Shown here in pieces: positions 56,173-64,000 of a DNA stretch of 64,000 bases (the stretch's first letter is position 1; the number at the start of each line of letters is the position of its first letter). The notes under the pieces are model-generated. The model was not told where the DNA came from. It made no database searches and was given only the letters and a program-made list of their open reading frames with translations. Origin of the DNA: an uncultured Pseudomonadales bacterium (GTDB lineage Bacteria; Patescibacteriota; Microgenomatia; UBA1400; UBA12028); the NCBI GenBank assembly GCA_964635905.1, contig CAZWPK010000003.1, positions 66,459 through 130,458 on the forward strand, written 5' to 3'. The position numbers were made by a program, and so were the translations under genes.

Positions 56173-56580
56173 CTATTCCTCGGAAACGAGAAGCCAGTGA
56201 AAAAAGCTGAGTGTCCAGGCTAATAAAAAGGTGAAAAGAAAATACGTCCACAGTAGTTTTAGCGTGATTTCCGGAATAATAAATCGTCCTAACTGAATGC
56301 TTGATAGATGAAAGGGTGTGATGGAAAAACCGGGAACCAGCAAAACGACCAGAACAATGACGATGATGTTAAGCACCCAGGCGAATAATCCTAAGGTAAT
56401 AATGTTAATAGGAAGCCAGAGAATCTTTAAGAAAGGTTTGCCGATCGTGTTGAGAACGTAGAGAGTAGTGGCTGCCGACAATAAAATCGCCAGACTTCGA
56501 ATTTGGATAAACGTAAAGACACTATCCAGTAAATACAGTGAGACTAAATGTAAAAACCATTCCCGAATAATTGCGCGCAT
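56173..56580 (-). CDS. YvlD/DUF360 (phage holin 4 family) membrane protein
   Basis: LN..KPFLKIL.LPINIITLGLF..VLN. Confidence 0.85.
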   Translation of the reverse strand: MRAIIREWFLHLVSLYLLDSVFTFIQIRSLAILLSAATTLYVLNTIGKPFLKILWLPINIITLGLFAWVLNIIVIVLVVLLVPGFSITPFHLSSIQLGRFIIPEITLKLLWTYFLFTFLLAWTLSFFHWLLVSEE

Positions 56581-56592
56581 GCACTCATCATA

Positions 56593-57978
56593 CTACTTCA
56601 GGAAATTGTTCGTACGCTTGATCGTATGCAGGCGTTTAGCAAAACGATGAGATTCATCACGAATAGTTTGAATTAATAGAGTTGCGGCGATTTCATCGGT
56701 TAAGGGAATTTCTTTATACGTCAATGATGGAATCGCTGTTTTCTTCGTAGACTTTGAGAGAATCGGAATAAGGAGACGATCTGGTTTTTTGGCGATGGAA
56801 ATCACAATGGATGGCCACTTCCAGACCGACAACACAGATCGCAATTGCCCTTTCCCACCATCAATGAGGATGACATCTGGGATTCCCCATTCTGGATGTC
56901 CTTGGCGTCGAGTCAGTGCTTCTTTAAGCATTCCAAAATCATTGGGGGTAGAAAGCGTTTGTATTCCGAAATGCTTGTATTCCTGATGATCCATTTGCCC
57001 ATTGATGGCCACCACCATGGAACAGGACGCATTCGTCCCCATAATATTACTAACATCGTATCCTTCAATGCGAGTCAGCGGAGCTGTTGCCGGTACACTT
57101 AAATATTGACGTAATACGGCGCGTAAGCTGACCAAGGATTCTTCCTGTAAATTGCTGGTTAAGGTAGGCAAAATGAGGTCCGGAGCTAACCGATATTTCG
57201 GGGACGTTACATGCACAATCGTTTGGAGTCGATCGCGAATGAGGGCGGCTTGTTCAAACTCTTTAAAGAGAACATGACGCTCAATCTCCTGTTTGTAACT
57301 ACTGATTAATTGGGCAGTTTTGCCATTTAGGAATTGCTTGACCTCCGTCATTTTACGCTGATATTCCTCTTTCGAACAGGTTCCCACACAAGCTCCGTCA
57401 CACAGATTAATGTGATAATAAAAACACGCACGTCGCTTTTTTTGGGAAACTTGATCCGGATGGTCGCACCATTTAAAGATGCTACGAGCGATGGAAAGGA
57501 CCTGCGATACGCGTAATCCGGAAGGAAAGGGACCAAAGGTTGTTAGTTTACGTACACTTCGAAGAATTTCTGGCTTGCGAGCCGTGAAAATTCGAGGATA
57601 GGAGTCTTTTGACAGACAGATATACAGATCCGACTTATCGTCTTTTAACAGGATATTAAAATGCGGCTGATAACGCTTAATCAGCTCCGCTTCTACCAGA
57701 AGTGCTTGTAGTTCACTTTCTAAGACTTCCCACTGCACTTTACGTGTTTGTTGGGTTAGGGCAAAAATTTGCGGGCGGTCATCTTGTGCATGGGCATACT
57801 GACTTAAGCGTTTTTTTAACGACTTTGCTTTTCCCACGTACAGTACCTTATCGTTTTCGTCGAGGAACCAGTAAACGCCAGGTAATAAAGGTAGCGATTC
57901 CCAAGATTGCTGCCACCACGACGGTAACGAGGAGGAGAGGGAGGTTGTCTTGGAGGGTGCTTTGGACGGTAATGGCAT
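56593..57978 (-). CDS. uvrC: UvrC-like excinuclease (GIY-YIG, UVR and RNase H-like domains, no HhH tail)
   Basis: PGVY...LYVGKA..L..R, EAELIK..P.FN..LKDDK, RIEGYDVSN, IDGGKGQ, IRDESHRFA. Confidence 0.9.
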   Translation of the reverse strand: MPLPSKAPSKTTSLSSSLPSWWQQSWESLPLLPGVYWFLDENDKVLYVGKAKSLKKRLSQYAHAQDDRPQIFALTQQTRKVQWEVLESELQALLVEAELIKRYQPHFNILLKDDKSDLYICLSKDSYPRIFTARKPEILRSVRKLTTFGPFPSGLRVSQVLSIARSIFKWCDHPDQVSQKKRRACFYYHINLCDGACVGTCSKEEYQRKMTEVKQFLNGKTAQLISSYKQEIERHVLFKEFEQAALIRDRLQTIVHVTSPKYRLAPDLILPTLTSNLQEESLVSLRAVLRQYLSVPATAPLTRIEGYDVSNIMGTNASCSMVVAINGQMDHQEYKHFGIQTLSTPNDFGMLKEALTRRQGHPEWGIPDVILIDGGKGQLRSVLSVWKWPSIVISIAKKPDRLLIPILSKSTKKTAIPSLTYKEIPLTDEIAATLLIQTIRDESHRFAKRLHTIKRTNNFLK

Positions 57979-59692
57979 GATCAAAACTTTGATTTTGGAT
58001 TCGAACATTTACTGTCGTTGCATAGGTAGACAGGATGTCTTTTCTGGGTAAAGCGATGGGTATATCGACGCTTCCTAATGGTGCCAATGTTACTTTATCA
58101 GACAGCTCAAGGCTACCAGCAGTATTTTGTACGCGGATGGTTGTAGGTACGGCATAGACAGCCGATAAGGATGTGTTGGTTAGTCGTAGACGATAGGTAT
58201 TTTGAAGGCCAAACAGTGCACTGGGGCTCACGTGTAAATCCGTACTAAAGTTTTGGGTAGAGCTAGGGATGGAATCCACGAATTCCACATGGATTTGTTT
58301 ACCCTCTTGGGTCGGGGATGTATACATTCCAGCAGCCAATGGAAACTGGCTGGAAATTCCCAGCGTAGCAAACGCAATATGGCTAAAATCCATTCGAGAA
58401 AAGTAGTTGACACCGCCGGTGGTATGTTCCCAGGTTGGATCGACAGCAATCCATTGCTCGGTCGTTTCATCCCAGTATTCTGGCCATGAATGGAGCACAT
58501 CACGCACCAAACTTAAGGGACGCAATGATTCATTTTGGGTATAGGCGTAGCCAATCACCGAGCGAGCAGGGATTCCTGCGGCGCGCGAAAGCGAGACAAA
58601 CAGATCGGTAAATTCTTGGCAGAGGGCTTGATTGGGCTGTTCAAGCACGCGGCTGGCTCCATACCGTTCATTAGAATCAGATAACCGTTTGTAGTCATAC
58701 ACAAGGTTTTTTACCACATATGCATAAATCGCCTCGGGGGTTTTCAACTCTTTGGCTAGTTTTTGAATGGTGTGATCGTTGGTTTGCCAGTAGGGTTGTG
58801 TTTTTAAATACTCCGATCCTGGCCGTTTGGTGGTGAATTTTGCATGATCTTGAGAAGTTAATCGTAGATTTACGTAGAGTGTTGCCGAGATTGAAAGTTG
58901 TTCTCCGGAGGCTAATTCATAGTTGGCCATCCAGTTACCGTCAGCGTCGGGAGTGATGGAGACAGGGATTGGTTCTATAGAATCGATATAGACACGCTGA
59001 TACCGCGTGTCGGATGGTAACGCCACGGACATCGTCCCTTTCGTGTTTGTTGGATTTGAGAGAATATAGGAGAGCAAGACTTTAGCATTCTGTTGATCGC
59101 CAAAAATCACACTAATCCCACGATCTTGCGGGGCATTTGGGAAACTCACAATGACGTTTCCATTTTCACTTCTTGTGGTGAAATCTTTTGGAAATGCCAC
59201 GCTGGGTGTTTGGTACTGCTCATCGACGACAAGGTGTACCACATAGCGGGAAAACTCTTGCGTACGCGCTAATTTGGGAATGTTCACTTCCAGAGTTTTT
59301 GTGGTAACTGTGGCTAAATCCGTGGTGTCATATTCGACCACAAAATTTCTCGTTTGGTCTTTTCCTACAACTTTATCTGGGAATGCAATTTGGATCGTGG
59401 TTTTATTGCTTTGACTCGTTGTTGTGGGTTTTAGCTGTAAACCATTGCTGGTCACTACAATGTTACTGACTGTATTGGATCCCACTTCCAAGGCGTAATG
59501 CGTCGCATAGGTGGTGGAGGTGGTGTTTGCTAAAGAGAATTGAGCCTTCACATGAACAGTTCCGTTTTTTCCTATGGTATAGGTACTTTCTAATTGGGTA
59601 GCAAATCGATCGACGGCATGGACGTTGATCGGGATAAAAAAACCGAGCAATAGTAGTCCGATGGTGGAAGTTAGAATGGATACAATTGACAT
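57848..59692 (-). CDS. Secreted transglutaminase-like domain protein with a C-terminal TM anchor
   Basis: LCQEFTDLF..LSRAAGIPAR, HSWPEY, VDPTW Cys-His-Asp triad. Confidence 0.9.
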   Translation of the reverse strand: MSIVSILTSTIGLLLLGFFIPINVHAVDRFATQLESTYTIGKNGTVHVKAQFSLANTTSTTYATHYALEVGSNTVSNIVVTSNGLQLKPTTTSQSNKTTIQIAFPDKVVGKDQTRNFVVEYDTTDLATVTTKTLEVNIPKLARTQEFSRYVVHLVVDEQYQTPSVAFPKDFTTRSENGNVIVSFPNAPQDRGISVIFGDQQNAKVLLSYILSNPTNTKGTMSVALPSDTRYQRVYIDSIEPIPVSITPDADGNWMANYELASGEQLSISATLYVNLRLTSQDHAKFTTKRPGSEYLKTQPYWQTNDHTIQKLAKELKTPEAIYAYVVKNLVYDYKRLSDSNERYGASRVLEQPNQALCQEFTDLFVSLSRAAGIPARSVIGYAYTQNESLRPLSLVRDVLHSWPEYWDETTEQWIAVDPTWEHTTGGVNYFSRMDFSHIAFATLGISSQFPLAAGMYTSPTQEGKQIHVEFVDSIPSSTQNFSTDLHVSPSALFGLQNTYRLRLTNTSLSAVYAVPTTIRVQNTAGSLELSDKVTLAPLGSVDIPIALPRKDILSTYATTVNVRIQNQSFDHAITVQSTLQDNLPLLLVTVVVAAILGIATFITWRLLVPRRKR

Positions 59693-59749
59693 CACGTGTC
59701 TGTCTATTGTACTTGGTGGGATCAACTTCAAGTACATTCTCCTGATTCT

Positions 59750-60412
59750 TTATAACAATTGTTGCTGTGCCGTATAGTGCTTCACGGATTCTGGAAGATA
59801 GTCATGACGACCTTGCAAGACCGCAGTAGATGAGGCGTGAGTTGCCAAGTCCGAAAGGAAACGGGCATCGGGTGGAAGTATGCAGAGCTGTTGAGAATCT
59901 AAATAGGGAAACAACTCTGGAGCTAAACTTTTTTGTATTTGAAGTGGAGTATGGAGTGCTGCACGAGGAACAATATATAACCGTGCAAGTATTAGAATTT
60001 CTTTCCAATCCTTCCAGCGCGTAAAGGAAGCTGCTGCATCGGCTCCCATCACAATTCCGATCGTTTGTGATTTTGGAATTTTCGTACGCAAGAAACGCAG
60101 AGTGTTAATCGTATAGTTACCGGATATTCCTTCGTCAAGAAGTTTCAATTCAATGTCGCTGATCTGAATTTTTCCCTGATCAAGGTTGGAAAGTTCACTC
60201 CGAAACGCTTCTGTTAACATAGATACTCGGTGCTCGAATGGAAGTGTGTATTGTCCCCAGGTTGGAGTGTCGGGAGAGGGAACGACAGTAATTCCGAATG
60301 TGGGGGCAATGAGTTCTAGCGCAATTCTAATCACACTGATGTAGCCGTGATGGGCAAGATTGAAGCGGCCAAAATAGAAGAGGTGATCAACGGATGGAAT
60401 TGATGCTGACAT
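59750..60412 (-). CDS. nadD: NadD-like nucleotidyltransferase
   Basis: GRFN..HHGY, HR.SML, YTINTL, VMGAD...F..WKDW, SST. Confidence 0.75.
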   Translation of the reverse strand: MSASIPSVDHLFYFGRFNLAHHGYISVIRIALELIAPTFGITVVPSPDTPTWGQYTLPFEHRVSMLTEAFRSELSNLDQGKIQISDIELKLLDEGISGNYTINTLRFLRTKIPKSQTIGIVMGADAAASFTRWKDWKEILILARLYIVPRAALHTPLQIQKSLAPELFPYLDSQQLCILPPDARFLSDLATHASSTAVLQGRHDYLPESVKHYTAQQQLL

Positions 60413-60475
60413 TCTGGCAGGCAGTATAGCAGTCTTTGATCAGTTCTGTCAGCGTTTCTTTGGTATACTCGCCTC

Positions 60476-62242
60476 ATGAGCTCCCAGATTGCCCAGGTAA
60501 AAGATGCGATTGATATTGTGGCCTTGATTTCAGAAAAGGTTAAATTAACCAAAGCCGGCAAAAACTATAAAGGTTTATGTCCTTTTCACAGTGAAAAGTC
60601 TCCTTCTTTTTTTGTAACTCCCGAGCTTGGTAGATATAAGTGCTTTGGTTGTGGTGAGTCAGGGGATGCGTTTACCTACTTACAGAAAACAGAGAACCTC
60701 TCCTTTGCAGAAAGCTTGCGAGAACTTGCAAGTAAAGCAGGAATCAAACTGGAATCCGTTCCACTTACGCAGGAAGATCATCACAAAGATCGTCTTAAAG
60801 AAATTCTTTCTTTGAGTAAAGAGTTCTATCATTACTTGTTAACCTCGCATGAGGTTGGGCAGACTGCACGTGACTACATAACCAAACGTGGGGTAACCAA
60901 CGATACGATTCGGTTGTTTGGACTGGGAGTGGCGCCGGATGCCTGGGATAGTCTCCTGCATTATTTGGTTGGGAAAAAAGGATTTGATCAGGATGATGTT
61001 GTCGATGCCGGGTTAGCAATTCGATCTGAGAAAGGGCATTACTATGACCGCTTTCGCCATCGACTAATGTTTCCCCTCACTGATAAGCGCGGACAAGTGG
61101 TAGGCTTTTCCGGTCGACTGCTGGATAACAGTGCCAAAGAAGCAAAGTACATTAATTCCCCGGAAACGCAGCTGTATCACAAGAGCGAACTATTGTTTGG
61201 CTATTCCCAACTTTCAACTGCAATTCGTCAATCTGAAGAAGTGGTGGTCTGTGAGGGGGAATTTGACGTCATTAGTTCTTTTCAAGCCCACGTCAACAAT
61301 GTCGTCGCCATTAAAGGTTCCGCATTGTCCCTCACTCAAATACAATTGCTCTCCCATTCCGTGCGCCGGATTTGTTTGGCTCTAGATGCCGATTCTGCAG
61401 GAATTGAAGCCACAAAACGCGCTATTCAACTGGTGAAGGAAAGTGAGGTAGATGTAAATCTACGGGTCATTCCCGTTGCGGGTGGCAAAGACCCGGATGA
61501 AGTCGCTCGGTCTTCACCTGCAAAGTGGCGGGAAATGGTGCAAAAGAATATTTCCGTGTATGAATATTTAATCGATGTTTCCTTTGCCGCCAATGACGTC
61601 AAATCGGGAGATGGGAAAAAGGAAATCACCAAAGAGTTGGTGCCACTGCTAAGTCAAATTCAAAACGCGGTTGAGCAAGCACACTACGTGCAACAGGTTG
61701 CGCGTCGATTGGGAGTCTCGGAAGAAATTTTTGAAAAAGAACTACGGAAAGCAAAATTGCCGCCGACATTTTCAAAATCGGAGGGATCAAAAAAGTTAGA
61801 AGAAGTAAGCAAGCCAAAGAATCGTTCGGAAGTTTTGCAGCGCTATCTCTTTTTAGTCTTACTGGCAAGTGATGGAGCGGACTTTCCCTCAAGACTAGAA
61901 CAATTACGACAAAATGGAACATTTTCTGGAGTGTATGCAAAGTTACTCTCGGTAAGCGTTGCGTTTACTGTTACCGACCCATTAAGTTTTACGCAGGCTC
62001 TGCCGGAAGAATTGAAAGAATTCTTTACGAGTTTGTATTTGGAAGCTTCCGAATTAGGGACCCAAGCGGATTTGAAATCAGAGTTTGAAAATGCCTTGTT
62101 AGAACTCACTGAAATTGTAAAAAAAGAAGATAAAATCAAACTGGCAAAAGAAGTTGGATTATTAGAAAGTAAAGAAAACTTAACCCCACAAGAAGAAATG
62201 CATTTAAAAGAACTTACCGTGAAAATGAAAGAGCTTTCCTAA
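60476..62242 (+). CDS. dnaG: DNA primase
   Basis: CPFHSEKSPSF..CFGC, DRFR.RLMFP, KYINSPET, EGEFDV, DADSAG, KDPD. Confidence 0.98.
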   Translation: MSSQIAQVKDAIDIVALISEKVKLTKAGKNYKGLCPFHSEKSPSFFVTPELGRYKCFGCGESGDAFTYLQKTENLSFAESLRELASKAGIKLESVPLTQEDHHKDRLKEILSLSKEFYHYLLTSHEVGQTARDYITKRGVTNDTIRLFGLGVAPDAWDSLLHYLVGKKGFDQDDVVDAGLAIRSEKGHYYDRFRHRLMFPLTDKRGQVVGFSGRLLDNSAKEAKYINSPETQLYHKSELLFGYSQLSTAIRQSEEVVVCEGEFDVISSFQAHVNNVVAIKGSALSLTQIQLLSHSVRRICLALDADSAGIEATKRAIQLVKESEVDVNLRVIPVAGGKDPDEVARSSPAKWREMVQKNISVYEYLIDVSFAANDVKSGDGKKEITKELVPLLSQIQNAVEQAHYVQQVARRLGVSEEIFEKELRKAKLPPTFSKSEGSKKLEEVSKPKNRSEVLQRYLFLVLLASDGADFPSRLEQLRQNGTFSGVYAKLLSVSVAFTVTDPLSFTQALPEELKEFFTSLYLEASELGTQADLKSEFENALLELTEIVKKEDKIKLAKEVGLLESKENLTPQEEMHLKELTVKMKELS

Positions 62243-62247
62243 CTCCT

Positions 62248-62763
62248 ATGACTGATGAGCAGGTTGATATTTTGGATGACCACGGGAACGTGCTGTATTC
62301 CACCTTAAAAACGCAAGCTCACAAACTAGGGCTATTGCATACAACGGTAATTAGTCAGGTGATTAGCCGGGATGGCAAGTGGTTACTGGTACAGCAAGCC
62401 GCTAATCGTCAGGATCCTGGTCAGTTTGTCTCTCCGATTGGAGGACACGTGAAAGCAGCAGAGTCGTGTGAAGCGGCATTAATTCGAGAAGGCGCGGAAG
62501 AACTAGGGATTGAGGTTGAAAAATTCCAGCTCATTGGCCAATTTGTCTTTAATCGACCAGTGATTGGACGTAAGGAAAACCATTGGTTCGTTGTCTATGA
62601 AGTGTTTTGTGATCAGTCGATCTCTCTGAATGAAGAATCTACTGATTTTGTGTGGTTATCTCCACAAGAAATGAAGGAACAATTTCGACAGCATCCCGCC
62701 TATTTTGGGGCATCTTTTCATGCGGTGATTGATCACCTTTATCCACACCTCAAAACGATTTAA
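62248..62763 (+). CDS. Nudix hydrolase (IDI-like)
   Basis: AH..GLLH, GGHV...ESCEAALIREGAEELGI. Confidence 0.85.
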   Translation: MTDEQVDILDDHGNVLYSTLKTQAHKLGLLHTTVISQVISRDGKWLLVQQAANRQDPGQFVSPIGGHVKAAESCEAALIREGAEELGIEVEKFQLIGQFVFNRPVIGRKENHWFVVYEVFCDQSISLNEESTDFVWLSPQEMKEQFRQHPAYFGASFHAVIDHLYPHLKTI

Positions 62764-62950
62764 TTATTCGAATAGATAGATCTTTTTAATCACAGCTTGC
62801 CCTTGTGTTTTTTTGATCTATTGCGTATAATCACTCTATTATTTGCTTGAGGTAGGCCATAGTCCAATATACTATTTTGCACGTTACAACCAATGCACGT
62901 GCTCCAAGTTCTCAAGCAATATTGACTGTACAATTTTCCAAATAACCCAT

Positions 62951-62977
62951 GCCTGGCAGAACCTGCACAGGCTTTTT
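62951..62977 (+). terminator. Terminator-like hairpin in the rpoD leader
   Basis: GCCTGGCAG-AAC-CTGCACAGGC-TTTTT, 13 nt before the rpoD ATG. Confidence 0.55.
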
Positions 62978-62990
62978 ATCTATTTTGTTT

Positions 62991-64000
62991 ATGACAACAA
63001 CATTGAAAAATGCGATTGACGAGCTCGTGAAACGTGGCAAGAACCAAGGGTATCTTACCCAGGATGATATCCTCGCTGTGTTTGCGGAACCAGAAGAGCA
63101 CGTAACGCAGCTCGATGACTTTTATAAAAAAGTATTTTCCTTTGGAATTGACGTGTTTGAGAATGTCTCGGAAGAAGACATGAAACAGGACGCCGCTGTT
63201 TCTACCGACTTAGAAAAAGAATTAGAAATGTTGTCATCGCTCGATGACAAGAGTGTGTCCGATCCCGTCCGCATGTATTTAAAAGAGATCGGTCGTATTC
63301 CTCTTTTAAACCGTGAAGAAGAAGTCGATTTAGCCCAGCGTGTCGAACAGGGTGATTTGCAAGCCAAAGCCAAGCTTACCGAAAGTAACTTACGACTCGT
63401 TGTCTCCATTGCCAAAAAATATATTGGTCGGGGAATGACATTTTTAGACCTCATCCAAGAAGGAAATAAAGGTCTTATTCGTGCCGTTGAAAAGTACGAC
63501 TGGACCAAGGGATTTAAATTTTCCACCTATGCTACCTGGTGGATCCGTCAGGCTATCACCCGTGCCATCGCAGACCAAGCCCGAACCATTCGTATTCCCG
63601 TCCACATGGTCGAAACCATCAATAAGATGATGCGGGTACAGCGTAAATTGATGCAGGATTTGGGAAGAGAACCAGAACCATCGGAAATCGCGATCGCCAT
63701 GGGTGATCAAATGGATGAAGAAAAAGTGCGTGAGATTATGAAGATCTCACAAAAAACAACGTCACTAGAAACTCCAATTGGTGATGATGAAGATTCTTAT
63801 TTGGGTGATTTCATTGCCGATGAAACGCAAGCTTCTCCGTATGATGCCACAAGCAAAAAGTTACTCAAAGAAAACATTGATGAAGTACTTTCAGCCCTCT
63901 CCGATCGGGAAGCTAAAGTGTTAGCGATGCGATTTGGACTCAATGGCGCACGACCAATGACATTAGAAGAAGTGGGACAGAAATTTGGTGTTACCCGTGA
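62991..64000 (+). CDS. rpoD: Primary sigma factor RpoD/SigA (3'-truncated by the window)
   Basis: Manual translation: [80 protein letters not shown]. Confidence 0.97.
   Translation, partial: MTTTLKNAIDELVKRGKNQGYLTQDDILAVFAEPEEHVTQLDDFYKKVFSFGIDVFENVSEEDMKQDAAVSTDLEKELEMLSSLDDKSVSDPVRMYLKEIGRIPLLNREEEVDLAQRVEQGDLQAKAKLTESNLRLVVSIAKKYIGRGMTFLDLIQEGNKGLIRAVEKYDWTKGFKFSTYATWWIRQAITRAIADQARTIRIPVHMVETINKMMRVQRKLMQDLGREPEPSEIAIAMGDQMDEEKVREIMKISQKTTSLETPIGDDEDSYLGDFIADETQASPYDATSKKLLKENIDEVLSALSDREAKVLAMRFGLNGARPMTLEEVGQKFGVTR

Noticed and set aside
56173-56580. Phage holin suggesting a prophage
   Set aside because: The YvlD/DUF360 family is chromosomal and there are no phage neighbours.
63122-63710. 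Minus-strand ORFs at the right edge
   Set aside because: They are antisense shadows of rpoD.
1-64000. CRISPR array, rRNA, prophage or reverse-transcriptase system
   Set aside because: No regularly spaced repeats, cas, rRNA, phage structural or RT motifs were seen by eye.
1-64000. Alternative genetic code (UGA=Gly or AGA=Ser)
   Set aside because: TGA ends genes at sensible positions (e.g. 22893, 24213), and AGA encodes conserved Arg residues in FtsH.

Overview
Chromosomal window of a small-genome bacterium, most likely Patescibacteria/CPR (Microgenomates-like). This is inferred from the arrays of VirB2/TrbC-type 'T4SS pilins', the short IF2, the SpoIID and DUF5657-like genes and tRNAs without CCA; the genetic code is standard 11. 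The left half (1-29.6 kb) is dominated by a cell-surface locus: 11 VirB2-like pilin-domain genes, a VirB6-like membrane protein, a 1.17 kaa glycoside-hydrolase/lytic-transglycosylase fusion, a GT87 glycosyltransferase, a divergent ECF sigma factor and large orphan proteins. An isoprenoid cluster (DUF35 remnant, idi, Nudix, archaeal-type isopentenyl phosphate kinase, Nudix, uppS) sits inside it. The middle has smpB and a convergent tmRNA with a 28-residue tag, comF, and a small island at tRNA-Ser(TGA): a large serine recombinase cut off from its 5' end by a frameshifted IS30, plus a Fic-MerR gene with a palindromic operator. The right half is mostly housekeeping (nusA, infB, typA, ddl, uvrC-like, nadD-like, dnaG, rpoD). 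The most striking single items are an intact tRNA-Ser with the normally absent ACU anticodon, 2.3 kb from a normal tRNA-Ser(GCU), pervasive leaderless promoter architecture, and several structured intergenic RNAs. All calls were made by eye; no database searches were run.
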